Source: an uncultured Chloroflexia bacterium
GTDB taxonomy: Bacteria; Chloroflexota; Limnocylindria; Limnocylindrales; CSP1-4
Direction: 5' to 3'
Assembly (NCBI GenBank): GCA_963808895.1
Contig: CAWEHL010000004.1
Coordinates: forward strand, 392,277-456,276
Length of the DNA: 64,000 nucleotides
The position numbers were made by a program, and so were the translations under genes. Below the pieces are notes generated by a model that saw nothing but the letters and a program-made list of their open reading frames with translations, did not search any database and was not told where the DNA came from. This document shows, one piece after another, positions 27,561 through 37,368 of the stretch (its first letter is position 1; each line of letters opens with the position of its first letter).

Positions 27561-28793
27561 GTGTCCGAACCCGTGACGGCCGAGGCTCGGCCGGCCGCAC
27601 CCTCGAGCGCCGTCATCCCGGTCGGAGTCATCGCCGGTCTCTTCCTCGCGTCGCTCGCCATGCGGCCGCAGATCCTGGCGATCGGCCCGCTGCTGCCGTT
27701 CATGCGCGACGATCTGGGTCTGCCCGCCGGCGTCGCGGGGCTGCTTACGACCATCCCCGTCCTGTGCATGGGCCTGTTCGCCCCCGTCGGTCCGCGACTC
27801 GCCGCGAGACTCGGGGCGGGACGCGCGTTCGTCCTGTGTCTCGGCACGATCGTCGGGTTCGGCCTGCTGCGGGCCTTCTCGCCGAGTGTGCCCCTCGTCC
27901 TGGCGACGACGCTTGGCATCGGTGTGGGTATCGGTTCGGCAGGAGCGATCCCGTCGATGGTCGTGTCGCGTCGAGTGCCGGCGCGTCCCGTGCTCGGCAC
28001 GGGCGCGTACGCCGGTGGCATCGTCGCAGGCTCGACGATCGCGGCAGGGATCGCCGTCCCGCTTGCGATCGACGGGGACTGGCGTCGAGCGCTGCTGATC
28101 ATCTCGCTCGCCTCGATCGGCTCGATCGTCGCGTGGATCGTCCTCGTCGGCGTCCGGGGTCCGTCGCCGGGCGCGACCGGTCCTCGTCGATTGCCCTGGC
28201 GTGAAGGGACGGCCTGGTTGCTGATCGTCGTCTTCGGCCTGCAGTCCGTCCTGTTCTACGGGATCGTCTCGTGGCTTCCGAACGTCTACGTCGAGCGCGG
28301 CTGGGACGCCACCCAGGCCGGTGCGCTGATCGCGGTGTTCAACGGGATCGGCCTGCTGACGACCGTCGGCCTGCCCCTCGTGGCCGACCGGCTCGGGGCG
28401 CGCCGGCCCCAGCTTCTGGTCTCGGCGGTGGTAGCCGTGGTGGGCCTGATCGGCATCGCCCTCGCGCCGGATCTCGCGTTCCTGTGGGTCGTCATCCTCG
28501 GGCTATCGCTCGGCGCGGTGTTCCCGCTCGTCCTGACCCTTCCACTCGATGTCGCCCATGATCCGGCCCGCGTCGGCTCGGTGGCCGCGCTGATGCTCCT
28601 CGGCGGCTATGTCCTGTCCTCGTTAGGGCCGGTCGTGCTTGGGACCGCCCGCGACGTCACCGGCGATTTCGAAGCGAGCCTGTGGATCCTCGTCGCTGTC
28701 GCGATCCTCCTCGTCGGCTCGTGCCTGCCCCTTTCGCCAGCTCGACTTCGACGGGGGATCAGCGACCTCCCCGCCACGGCGCCGGCCCCGTAG
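27561..28793 (+). CDS. MFS transporter (CynX/NimT-like)
   Basis: 410 aa with about 12 predicted TM segments. MRPQILAIGPLLPFMRDDLGLPAGVAGLLTTIPVLCMGLFAP is typical of this MFS subfamily. Confidence 0.8.
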   Translation: MSEPVTAEARPAAPSSAVIPVGVIAGLFLASLAMRPQILAIGPLLPFMRDDLGLPAGVAGLLTTIPVLCMGLFAPVGPRLAARLGAGRAFVLCLGTIVGFGLLRAFSPSVPLVLATTLGIGVGIGSAGAIPSMVVSRRVPARPVLGTGAYAGGIVAGSTIAAGIAVPLAIDGDWRRALLIISLASIGSIVAWIVLVGVRGPSPGATGPRRLPWREGTAWLLIVVFGLQSVLFYGIVSWLPNVYVERGWDATQAGALIAVFNGIGLLTTVGLPLVADRLGARRPQLLVSAVVAVVGLIGIALAPDLAFLWVVILGLSLGAVFPLVLTLPLDVAHDPARVGSVAALMLLGGYVLSSLGPVVLGTARDVTGDFEASLWILVAVAILLVGSCLPLSPARLRRGISDLPATAPAP

Positions 28794-28971
28794 CGGACTG
28801 ATCGTGGCGCCGACGCTTGTCATCCGGACCGGGTTGGTGGAGAATGCGCCGCGATGACCCGTCACCAGGCGCACCACCACTGCATGTGTCATGCCGCTGC
28901 CGAGCAGGGCAGGTGGTGTCGCTAGGCGTGCGTCTTCCCAGATAGGCCGCACGCCGGCCCGGACCCCCGAA

Positions 28972-29004
28972 CCCCTGCTGAGATGGCAGGGGTCTTTTCG
29001 TTTC
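28972..29004 (+). terminator. Rho-independent terminator-like hairpin, possibly an attenuator, 32 nt upstream of the rhodanese start
   Basis: CCCCTGC (28972-28978), loop TGAGATG, GCAGGGG (28986-28992), then TCTTTTCGTTTC (28993-29004). Confidence 0.5.
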
Positions 29005-29035
29005 TACGGCAACCCACCCGAACGAGGAAACGCCA

Positions 29036-30367
29036 GTGACCACCACCAGATCCATCGATACCGCGGAGCTCAGGGATCGCCTCGATGATCCGTCGCTCAC
29101 CATCGTCGACGTGCGCCCACTCGCGGCGTACAACGGATGGCGGCTCGGCTCGGAGAACCGCGGCGGCCACATCCCCGGCGCCGTGGCATTTCCCGTCGCC
29201 TGGCTCGATACGGTCGATGAGCCCGAGATCGCCCGATTGTTCGCCGGGAAGGGGATCACCGCCGATCGAGCGATCGTGGTGTACGGCGATGGAGCTGCGG
29301 ACGCATCCCGCCTGGCCGAGCGCCTGGTGGGCTTCGGCGTCGAGGGTGCTCGCGTGTACGAGCCGGGGTTCGCGGCCTGGGCCGCCGATCCCGCGCTGCC
29401 GGTCGAGCGACTGCCGAAGTACGAGAAGCTCGTCCACATCGACTGGCTCAAGGCCCTTCTGGCTGGCGAGACGCCCGAAGCCGCTCCGACCGGCGACTTC
29501 CGCCTGTTCCACGTCAACTTCGGTGTCCCGGAGGAATACGCCGAGGCCCACATCCCGAATGCGCTGTATCTCGATACGAACTCGCTCGAGGATCCCGCCG
29601 ACTGGAATCGACGATCCCCGGAGGAGCTCGATCGGGCGATCCGATCGCTCGGCATCACCAAGGACACGACCGTGGTCGTGTACGGCCGCGATACCGAGGG
29701 CGACGCGAACGAGAAGTGGCCGGGGCGACGCGCCGGTCAGATCGCCGCGACGCGCGCGCTGATGATCCTCACCTACGCCGGCGTCGAGGACGTCCGCCTG
29801 CTCGACGGTGGCTACGACTGGTGGGTCCGCGACGGCAATCCGGTCGAGACGGTCATCCGCGAGCCATCGCCGGTCGCCGACTTCGGCGCCGCTATCCCGG
29901 TCCGGCCCGAGGTCATCGTCGATATCGACGAGGCCAAGGAGATCATCGCCGACACCGAGGGCGCGGCTCTCGTCAGCGTTCGGACGTGGCGTGAGCACAT
30001 CGGTGCCGTGAGCGGCTACAACTACATCGGGCCGGCGGGCCGGATCAGCGGCGACGTGTGGGGCAACTGCGGTAGCGACGCGTACCACATGCAGCACTAC
30101 CGGAATGTCGACAACACGATGCGTGCCTATCCGGAGATCACCGCGAACTGGACCGAGGCGGGCATCGTGCCGGAGAAGTGGGTCGCCTTCTACTGCGGGA
30201 CGGGCTGGCGCGCCAGCGAGACATGGTTCTACGCGTTCCTCCAGGACTGGCCGCGCATCGCGGTGTACGACGGCGGCTGGTTCGAGTGGAGCCAGGACCC
30301 GGACAGGAACCCCATCGAGATCGGGGTCCCGGAGACGGAGACGCCACGCGACGTGTACGTGGCCTGA
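29036..30367 (+). CDS. Multi-domain rhodanese-like sulfurtransferase
   Basis: 443 aa. Repeated rhodanese modules (IVDVRPLAAYNGWRLG..GGHIPGAV; HIPNALYL) and a C-terminal active-site loop YCGTGWRASETW. GTG 29036 follows GAGGAAA. Confidence 0.8.
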   Translation: MTTTRSIDTAELRDRLDDPSLTIVDVRPLAAYNGWRLGSENRGGHIPGAVAFPVAWLDTVDEPEIARLFAGKGITADRAIVVYGDGAADASRLAERLVGFGVEGARVYEPGFAAWAADPALPVERLPKYEKLVHIDWLKALLAGETPEAAPTGDFRLFHVNFGVPEEYAEAHIPNALYLDTNSLEDPADWNRRSPEELDRAIRSLGITKDTTVVVYGRDTEGDANEKWPGRRAGQIAATRALMILTYAGVEDVRLLDGGYDWWVRDGNPVETVIREPSPVADFGAAIPVRPEVIVDIDEAKEIIADTEGAALVSVRTWREHIGAVSGYNYIGPAGRISGDVWGNCGSDAYHMQHYRNVDNTMRAYPEITANWTEAGIVPEKWVAFYCGTGWRASETWFYAFLQDWPRIAVYDGGWFEWSQDPDRNPIEIGVPETETPRDVYVA

Positions 30368-30442
30368 TCCGACCGGTGGGCGCGCCCGCTGTCACGCGGG
30401 CGCGCGCCGATCACGCGCGGCGATCCCGCCAAGTGCGGCAAG

Positions 30443-31603
30443 ATGCGGTCATGGAGGACGACGCGCGCCTCAGTCCGCTTGACCGCCGTGCCCGGGACGC
30501 CGGGTGCGCCGCTGCGGCTCGGGATCATCGGCTGTGGTGACGTCGCCTACAGGCACTACCTGCCCGCGCTCGAGCCGGACGCCGCTCGCGTCCGGATCGT
30601 CTCGGTCATGGACACGCGCCTCGAGGCAGCGGAGGCGCTGACCCGGGAGATCGCGAGCTGGTCGCCCGACGCACGCGCGTTCGACAAGCTCGACGCGATG
30701 CTCGAGGCCGGCGGGCTCGACGGGGTCATCGATCTCGCTCCCGCGCCATCCCATGGCGTGGTCAACGAGACGATCCTCGCAGCGGGCGTCCCGCTCTACA
30801 CCGAGAAGCCTCTCGCCTCGACGGTCGCCCAGGCGGATCGCCTGATCGAGACGGCCCGGGCGGCCGGCGTCACGTTCCTGTCGGCTCCGGGCGAGGCGGC
30901 GACGCGTCGGATGAAGTGGCTCGACGAGCTGATCCGGTCCGGGCGCTATGGCCGGCCGACGCTCGTCTTCGCCCATCACGCCGACCCGGGTCCCGCGGCC
31001 TGGCGCGAATACACCGGCGATCCTCGCCCGTTCTACGGCCCGGGCGTCGGTCCGGTCATCGACCACGGCGTGTACCGGCTGCACCAGATGACGATGCTCC
31101 TGGGGCCGGTGGTCCGCGTACAGGCGATGGGCACGATCAGCATCCCGAACCGCGTCGCGCGTGGTGGACCGCTGCGCGGGCAGCCGATCTCGGTGACGAC
31201 ACCAGATCACGTACTCATCAACCTCGAGTTCGTCAGCGGTGCGCTCGGTCAGCTCCTCGCGAGCTTCGCGACCGCGGCGTCGAAGATGCCGTGGCTCGAG
31301 GTCCACCTCGAGGGCGCGTCGATCAGCTTCGGCGGGCGATCGTGGGAGATGGATTCGCCCGTCAGCCTGTACGTCGACGACGGCACGCCCGACGCCGAGG
31401 AAGGCTGGCAAGACGCCATCGAGATCCCGGTCGACGACCTGCCCGTCGTCGAGTCGGGGGCGCGGCATTTCGTCGACGTGCTCCTCGGCGAGGCGGAGCC
31501 CGTGCTCACAGCCGAACACGCCAGGCACGTGCTCGACATCATCGTCAAGGCGTACGCATCGATCGACGACGGCGCGACGCACGCCACCGAAACGACCTTC
31601 TGA
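30443..31603 (+). CDS. Gfo/Idh/MocA family oxidoreductase
   Basis: LRLGIIGCGDVAYRHYLPAL is the Rossmann N-terminus; EKPLA motif (LYTEKPLASTV). The true start may be downstream of 30443. Confidence 0.8.
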   Translation: MRSWRTTRASVRLTAVPGTPGAPLRLGIIGCGDVAYRHYLPALEPDAARVRIVSVMDTRLEAAEALTREIASWSPDARAFDKLDAMLEAGGLDGVIDLAPAPSHGVVNETILAAGVPLYTEKPLASTVAQADRLIETARAAGVTFLSAPGEAATRRMKWLDELIRSGRYGRPTLVFAHHADPGPAAWREYTGDPRPFYGPGVGPVIDHGVYRLHQMTMLLGPVVRVQAMGTISIPNRVARGGPLRGQPISVTTPDHVLINLEFVSGALGQLLASFATAASKMPWLEVHLEGASISFGGRSWEMDSPVSLYVDDGTPDAEEGWQDAIEIPVDDLPVVESGARHFVDVLLGEAEPVLTAEHARHVLDIIVKAYASIDDGATHATETTF

Positions 31604-31606
31604 GGG

Positions 31607-32839
31607 TCAGGCCCGCTCGAGCAGGAAGAACGTCTCCATCGGACCCTTGCCCTTGATATCGACGAGGCCGCGCGACTCGAGCCGGTAGCGGTCGCGGAGG
31701 CGCTCCTCCACGGCCCCCGTGACCTGGATCTGCCCGGCGACCCCGGTCGACTCCATCCGGCTCGCGAGATTGACCGTGTCGCCCCAGACGTCGTAGATGC
31801 TCCTGCGCTTGCCGACGACGCCCGCGACGACCGGGCCCGTATGGATGCCGATCCGGAACCTCACGCCGAGCCGGGCAGCCGCATCGTTGTCGTCCATCGC
31901 CCGGGCGATGTCGATCGCCAGGTCCGCCATCCGCTCGAGATGATCAGGGCTCCAGATCGGCATGCCTCCGACGATCATGTAGGCGTCGCCGATGGTCTTG
32001 ACCTTCTCGAGGTCGCTCGCGTCGACGAGGGTGTCGAACACGCCGAATACCTGGTCGAGGAGCCTGACGAGCTCCTCGGGATCCATCGTGGTCGACATCG
32101 CGGTGAACCCGACGATATCGGCGAAGAGCAGCGACACGTCGTCGTGGCGATCGGCGATCAACCCTTCACCGGCTCGGATTCGATCGGCGATGGGCTCCGG
32201 GAGGATGTTGAGCAGCAGCTCGAGGTTCTGCTGGTTGGCCACCTCCAGCTGGCGCTGGGCGGTCACGTCCGTGCCATAGACGTTCGTGAACTGGAATTCC
32301 GGGACGTCGACGGCGAGGAGTTCGAAGTGACGACCGGCACTGTGCACGTGGACCGACCGCCGCTGTCCTTCGCCGGCGGCGAGACGGAGGTCCTCGGCCC
32401 AGGGCTGCGGGAACGGTGCACCGAGCGTCCCCCCGAGTCCGGCGATCAACTCGTTCGCTGCAGGATTCACATAGACGAGGACCCCGTCCATCGAGATGCG
32501 GAAGACGGGGTTCGGGTTCTGGTCGGGGAATTTGGTGATCGCGCGCTGCGCCGTGACGTCGGTGCCATAGACGTTCGTGAAGCCGACGTCGGGCAGGCGC
32601 ACCGCGAGCAATTCGTACGTGCGAGGACCGACGCGGACGTCGATCGGGCCGTCCGACGTCAGCAGCTGGTCGAGCCATGTCCCTGGCACGGCCTGATCGA
32701 CCTCGAGCCCGAGCGTGTCGATGACGGGACGGCTCGCCGCATTCGCGTAGATCAGTACGCCATCGTCCGCGACGCGCAACACCGGGTGCGGGTTCGCCCC
32801 GGGGAACAACTCGGTCTTCGGATCGGGCGCTGAGACCAT
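31607..32839 (-). CDS. Class III adenylate/guanylate cyclase with two tandem N-terminal sensor (PAS-like) repeats
   Basis: Catalytic domain: LLFADIVGFTAMS..GDAYMIVGG..RIGIHTGPVVAGVVGKRRSIYDVWGDTVNLASRMES. N-terminal duplication marked by FTNVYGTDVTAQR twice. Confidence 0.88.
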   Translation of the reverse strand: MVSAPDPKTELFPGANPHPVLRVADDGVLIYANAASRPVIDTLGLEVDQAVPGTWLDQLLTSDGPIDVRVGPRTYELLAVRLPDVGFTNVYGTDVTAQRAITKFPDQNPNPVFRISMDGVLVYVNPAANELIAGLGGTLGAPFPQPWAEDLRLAAGEGQRRSVHVHSAGRHFELLAVDVPEFQFTNVYGTDVTAQRQLEVANQQNLELLLNILPEPIADRIRAGEGLIADRHDDVSLLFADIVGFTAMSTTMDPEELVRLLDQVFGVFDTLVDASDLEKVKTIGDAYMIVGGMPIWSPDHLERMADLAIDIARAMDDNDAAARLGVRFRIGIHTGPVVAGVVGKRRSIYDVWGDTVNLASRMESTGVAGQIQVTGAVEERLRDRYRLESRGLVDIKGKGPMETFFLLERA

Positions 32840-32885
32840 CCGCAGTAGCCCTCGACGTGGATGCGCGCGAATCCTACGGGAACCG

Positions 32886-34523
32886 TCAGGCGTCGAGTCG
32901 CCAGACCTCGACCGGTTCGCGCTTGCCCTTGACGGCGATCGCTCCGAGCGCCGTGCCGATCGCGTCGGCGCCGAGTGCCTCCCACGTCGAGCGGCCGACG
33001 ACGATCTGACCCGGCTCCGCGGCGGTCATGAGCCGCGCCGCCGTATTGGTGGTGTCGCCGATGACCGCGAAGCTACGGCGCTCGGCGGCGCCCACATCGC
33101 CCAGGACCGCCGGACCGGTATTGATGCCGATCCGAAAGGTCGGCCAGCCCGTGCGGCTGGCGGCGATGGGACCCGCCGCCGCCACGATCGCTCGCGCCGC
33201 GCGGGCTGCACGCGCCGCGTGATCGGGCTGATCGCCCTCGGTATTGAAGATCGCCATGATCCCGTCGCCTGCGAAATGCTCGATGACGCCACCCGCAGCA
33301 TCGATCGATGGGACGACGGCCGCCCAGAAGGCGTTCAGCATCTCGAGCACCTCCGTCGGGGGACGCGTTTCCGAGAACGTCGTGAACCCAGCCAGATCGG
33401 CGAAGAGGACACTGACCACCCGCTCCTCACCGGGGAGCGCCACCCCCGGCTCGTCGGCTCGCCGGATCCGTTCCGCGACCACGGACGGGAGGTAGGGCTG
33501 GAACGAGGCATCGAGCCTGCGCAGCTCCTCGGCGGTGCCCGTGAGGAGCGCGACTTCCTCGTTCGTGGCGCCCTCGCTCCGCAGCTGGTCGAGCACGCCT
33601 TCGACGGGCCGCCCCTCGGCCTGCGCCGACGCGACCGCCGCGATGGCACCGGCGTGCCAGCGATCGATACGCGCGAGGGTCTGCTCCAGGTAGAGCCCGC
33701 CGAACGCCCCGGTCAGCGAACCGCTGCGGCGGTATTCCTCACGCGCCCCGAGCGCGATGAGCCCGAACGCCGCGAGCATCAGCACGTGCCATTCCCACCA
33801 GCTGAGCTGCCAGTTGCGGCTCACGACGACCGCGATCATCGCCTCGGCGAGCAGGATCAGCGCGACGGAGATGGTGAGGAGGATCGTCCCGCCCCGCTGG
33901 CGATACAGGCGGTAGGTGCGCCACGCGGCGAAGGCGTACAGCGCGACCGCGACGACACCGAGGATCGTCAGCAGGCCCACGCCCTCCGTCGGCGGAGGAG
34001 GGCCGTCGAGCGGAGGCAGCCGAAGCAGTGACAGGGCGCCCCACAGGACCATCAGCCCGATCAGGCCGGCGAGGATGGCCGGTCGTGCGCGCAGGACGAT
34101 GGGTCCACCCGGTCCGGCGATCGAGCTCGTCGACGCGGCAGCGAAGAACGCCGCGAGCACGAGACCGACCGGCGTCGCGATCGAGAAGCCGGCATTCGGG
34201 CTGTCGAGCAGGACGCCGGGCGTCGCCAGCGCGTGGAGGCCAAGGAATCCCGCCGCAGAGAGGAACGAGAACGAGATCAGCACGAGACGGGCGTCGCGAT
34301 ACCGTCCCGCGGCGACGTTGGTGATGTAGGCGAGTGCCACGCTGACCGCAGCGGTCAGCAGCACGATCCAGAAGTGGCTCGGATGGTGCTCCCACTCCAT
34401 GTCGAGCTCGGGGCGAACGAGAAGGAGCGCCAGGCCGAGGAGTGGCAGCACGACGGCGAGGGGGACCGCCCACGGCACGTCACCCGGCCGTTCCTGCCCC
34501 CTTGCTGGAGCCTGTGTGGCCAT
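32886..34523 (-). CDS. Membrane-anchored class III adenylate/guanylate cyclase
   Basis: About 7-8 N-terminal TM helices, then VLFADLAGFTTFSE..GDGIMAIFN..RIGINTGPAVLGDVG..FAVIGDTTNTAARL. Confidence 0.88.
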   Translation of the reverse strand: MATQAPARGQERPGDVPWAVPLAVVLPLLGLALLLVRPELDMEWEHHPSHFWIVLLTAAVSVALAYITNVAAGRYRDARLVLISFSFLSAAGFLGLHALATPGVLLDSPNAGFSIATPVGLVLAAFFAAASTSSIAGPGGPIVLRARPAILAGLIGLMVLWGALSLLRLPPLDGPPPPTEGVGLLTILGVVAVALYAFAAWRTYRLYRQRGGTILLTISVALILLAEAMIAVVVSRNWQLSWWEWHVLMLAAFGLIALGAREEYRRSGSLTGAFGGLYLEQTLARIDRWHAGAIAAVASAQAEGRPVEGVLDQLRSEGATNEEVALLTGTAEELRRLDASFQPYLPSVVAERIRRADEPGVALPGEERVVSVLFADLAGFTTFSETRPPTEVLEMLNAFWAAVVPSIDAAGGVIEHFAGDGIMAIFNTEGDQPDHAARAARAARAIVAAAGPIAASRTGWPTFRIGINTGPAVLGDVGAAERRSFAVIGDTTNTAARLMTAAEPGQIVVGRSTWEALGADAIGTALGAIAVKGKREPVEVWRLDA

Positions 34524-34578
34524 GGTGGGCAGGATACGACCGGCTCGAAGGCCACGGCCGGTCCGGCATCATCGGGAC

Positions 34579-35616
34579 GTGACCGACCGCGTCCTATCCA
34601 CGCGCGCCCTCAACCGGGCACTGCTCGCGCGCCAGCTGCTGCTCGAGCGCTCGACGCTATCGATCCCGGACGCCGTCGAGCAGGTCGGGGGGCTGCAGAC
34701 GCAGTACGCGCCGTCCGGCTATGTCGGGCTGTGGACGCGTCTTGCCGGGTTCGAACGGGCGGATCTGACCCGGGCGCTCGAGGACCGCGCGGTCATCCAG
34801 GCCACCCTCCTGCGGGTGACGATCCATATCGTCTCGCGGCGGGAGTACTGGGCATATGCCCTCGGCGTGCGCGCCGCCCGCCGCGACCAGTGGCGGCGGA
34901 CGTTCGGGCGGATGACCGGGGCAGGGGAGGAGGACCTCGCCGCGGCGGCCGATCGACTTCGGGCGCGCCTCGTGGACGGGCCCCAGGACGTGAAGGAGCT
35001 CGGCGACATGGCCAAGGGATTCCTTGGCACCCACGGGCTTTGGGTCGATCTCGTCCGCGTGCCCCCAGCAGGCACATGGGAGCGACGGCGCGCGGACCGG
35101 ATCGGGCTCGCGGACGAGTGGGTCGGGGCGCCGGACACGACCGAAGAGGCCGGACGGACGCATCTGGTCAGAGCGTACCTGCGAGCGTTCGGCCCGGCCG
35201 CCTGGGCCGACATCGCATCGTGGGCCGGCTTGGCCGCAACGGCGGTCAAGGCAGCGGCTAGCGATCTCGAGCTGGCTCGCTATCGAGACGAGGCAGGGCG
35301 CGAGCTCGTCGACCTGCCGGGGCAGCCGCTGCCCGACGAAGACATGCCGGCACCCGTCCGGTTCCTGCCGCACTGGGATGCCAACCTGCTCGTCCATGCG
35401 CGCCGGACTGGGTTACTGCCGGAGCCGTTCCGGCCGCGGGTCTTCTCCACGAAGAACCCGTTCTCCGTCGGGACGTACCTCGTGGATGGGTCCGTCGCCG
35501 GAGCGTGGTCGTTGCGCGACGGCCGCATCGAGCTCGATCCCTTCCGCGAGGTCCCGGCCGACGTCCAGCGCGACATCGAACGCGAGCGAGAGGCACTCGA
35601 GGCGTTCCACGCCTGA
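34579..35616 (+). CDS. Winged-helix DNA-binding domain protein of the YcaQ/AlkZ family (putative DNA glycosylase)
   Basis: LSTRALNRALLARQLLLERS..DAVEQVGGLQTQYAPSGYVGLWTRLAGF..ATLLRVTIHIVSRREY. GTG 34579 is preferred; the ORF-track start 34399 overlaps the divergent cyclase. Confidence 0.75.
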   Translation: MTDRVLSTRALNRALLARQLLLERSTLSIPDAVEQVGGLQTQYAPSGYVGLWTRLAGFERADLTRALEDRAVIQATLLRVTIHIVSRREYWAYALGVRAARRDQWRRTFGRMTGAGEEDLAAAADRLRARLVDGPQDVKELGDMAKGFLGTHGLWVDLVRVPPAGTWERRRADRIGLADEWVGAPDTTEEAGRTHLVRAYLRAFGPAAWADIASWAGLAATAVKAAASDLELARYRDEAGRELVDLPGQPLPDEDMPAPVRFLPHWDANLLVHARRTGLLPEPFRPRVFSTKNPFSVGTYLVDGSVAGAWSLRDGRIELDPFREVPADVQRDIEREREALEAFHA

Positions 35617-35666
35617 CACGTGGATCCGCCAGACGTGCGACGCGAGTCCGCTGCCATACTCGGGTC

Positions 35667-36113
35667 ATGCGGTTCACGACGACGCTCGACTCGGCCGGCA
35701 AGAACGCGGCTGGCTTCCGCGTCCCACGTGAGGTCGTCGAGGCGCTCGGGAAGGGCAAGCGTCCGCCGGTCGTCGTGACGATCAACGGGTACTCGTACCG
35801 CAACACGGTCGCGGTCTACGGGGACGAGTTCCTCATCGGCGTGGCACAGGAGCATCGCGCGCCAGCCGGCGTCACGCCCGGCGACACGATCGAGGTCGAC
35901 CTCGAGCTCGACACAGCGCCGCGTGAGGTCGACGTCCCAGCCGACTTCGCTGCCGCCCTCGAAGCGGCACCTGTCGCGAAGCGCGCGTTCGAAGCCCTGT
36001 CGTACAGCAACAAGCGGCGCTACACGCTCTCGATCGAAGACGCGAAGTCCGCCGAGACGCGGCAGCGCCGCATCGAGAAGTCCGTCAGAGAGCTCGAGGG
36101 CGCCGCCGGCTGA
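35667..36113 (+). CDS. DUF1905 / YdeI-OmpD-associated family protein
   Basis: FTTTLDSAGKNAAGFRVPREVVEALGKGKRPPVVVTINGYSYR (DUF1905) and FEALSYSNKRRYTLSIEDAKSAETRQRRIEKSV (YdeI C-terminal). ATG 35667 lies within ORF 35505..36113. Confidence 0.75.
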   Translation: MRFTTTLDSAGKNAAGFRVPREVVEALGKGKRPPVVVTINGYSYRNTVAVYGDEFLIGVAQEHRAPAGVTPGDTIEVDLELDTAPREVDVPADFAAALEAAPVAKRAFEALSYSNKRRYTLSIEDAKSAETRQRRIEKSVRELEGAAG

Positions 36114-36122
36114 CCGCGAACG

Positions 36123-36506
36123 TCAGATGGAAGCGGGTGCCGTCCGCATCATCCACGAGTCGCGGGCGATCACGATCGCCAGGAACAGGATCAGGAAGCC
36201 GTTGACGGGATGGAGGGCCGCCACGGCCGGCGTCGATTCGCGCATCAGCACCAGCACGGACTGCAGGATGAAGAGCCCGAAGATGACGACGGCGAGGATC
36301 GCCGGTCGCCGGCCCATCCCGCCGAGGATACCGAGGACGAGCAGGACGATCGTGAACAGGCTGAGCGTGTAGCCCAGGTTCCGATGCGCGTCGAACATGG
36401 TCGGAGACTCGAAGACGCCGCGTCCAGCCAGCCACACCTGGACCACCAGCGCGGCCACGAAGACCCACGCGACCACCGTGTGCAACGTACGTGCGATCGA
36501 TCGCAC
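36123..36506 (-). CDS. Small integral membrane protein (4 TM), unknown function
   Basis: 127 aa with four hydrophobic segments (VVAWVFVAALVVQVWL; LSLFTIVLLVLGILGG; AILAVVIFGLFILQSVLVL; GFLILFLAIVIA). Confidence 0.6.
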   Translation of the reverse strand: MRSIARTLHTVVAWVFVAALVVQVWLAGRGVFESPTMFDAHRNLGYTLSLFTIVLLVLGILGGMGRRPAILAVVIFGLFILQSVLVLMRESTPAVAALHPVNGFLILFLAIVIARDSWMMRTAPASI

Positions 36507-36548
36507 CGATCTGCCCCTCCCTCACGGATCCCCGGCGACCCCGGGAGC

Positions 36549-37226
36549 CTAACCCCTGGACGCCACGACGAACAGATGCCAGTACGCCCAGCCGTCCTCC
36601 TGGTCGGTGGCCTCGTCGAGGAGCTCGAGTCCTTCTGCCGTGAGCCATTGTCGGACCCGATCGCGACCGGGGTAGTAGTGGTAGCCGGCGGTGTCGCCCT
36701 CGATGACCTCGCCGCGGACCGCGGGTAGCCCGCGCTCGCGGTTCAGGTCCCACGCTGCCTCGATCTCGGCGTCATCGACCTCTTCGACCGTCAGATACAG
36801 GTGCGCCCCCGGTTTGACGGCCCGCCGCAGGTTCCTGATGACGAGCGGCCAGTCCTCGGGCGGCACGTTCTCCATCGCATCGACGGTCATCGCGCCATCG
36901 AACTCCGCGTCGAAGGACATCTCCTGGAGCCCGATCTGCTCGAGGCGCTCGGCCAGTCCGCGTCGACGGGCCTGCGCGAGCATGCCGGCGGACTGGTCGA
37001 TGCCGACCACGCGGCGCCCGGCATCCCGTATCCGAGCGAAGTACTGCCCGGTCCCACAGGGCGCGTCGAGCACGAGCCCGTTCGGTGGGCAGGTCGCGAC
37101 GAGGCGATCGATGAACGCGGTGTGCGACGTCGTCGGGTAGGGCGAGTCGTCGTATGTCGCGGCGTCCGCGTCGTAGTCCGCGCGTACCGCGTCGCGCCGT
37201 TCGCGTAGCCAGGCCGCTCGGTCCAT
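36549..37226 (-). CDS. Class I SAM-dependent methyltransferase
   Basis: VLDAPCGTGQYFARIRDAGRRVVGIDQSAGMLAQARRRG (motif I); 225 aa. Confidence 0.8.
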   Translation of the reverse strand: MDRAAWLRERRDAVRADYDADAATYDDSPYPTTSHTAFIDRLVATCPPNGLVLDAPCGTGQYFARIRDAGRRVVGIDQSAGMLAQARRRGLAERLEQIGLQEMSFDAEFDGAMTVDAMENVPPEDWPLVIRNLRRAVKPGAHLYLTVEEVDDAEIEAAWDLNRERGLPAVRGEVIEGDTAGYHYYPGRDRVRQWLTAEGLELLDEATDQEDGWAYWHLFVVASRG

Positions 37227-37368
37227 GGCCCAACTCTACGGCTGCCCCGTCGCAGCGCGGGCGACCCCGCGACGGCGTGCCGACGCGGGCACCCGGCGCC
37301 CTGAGCACATCCTGCGGTTCCGTGGCATCGTTGCGCTTGCAACCACATCGCGATGGAGGAACCCTGAG

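Noticed and set aside
28623-28952. Minus-strand ORFs in the 28794-29035 spacer (28623..28952 and 28759..29667).
   Set aside because: They show no family resemblance and overlap the MFS and rhodanese genes antisense. The spacer is better explained as regulatory or terminator sequence.
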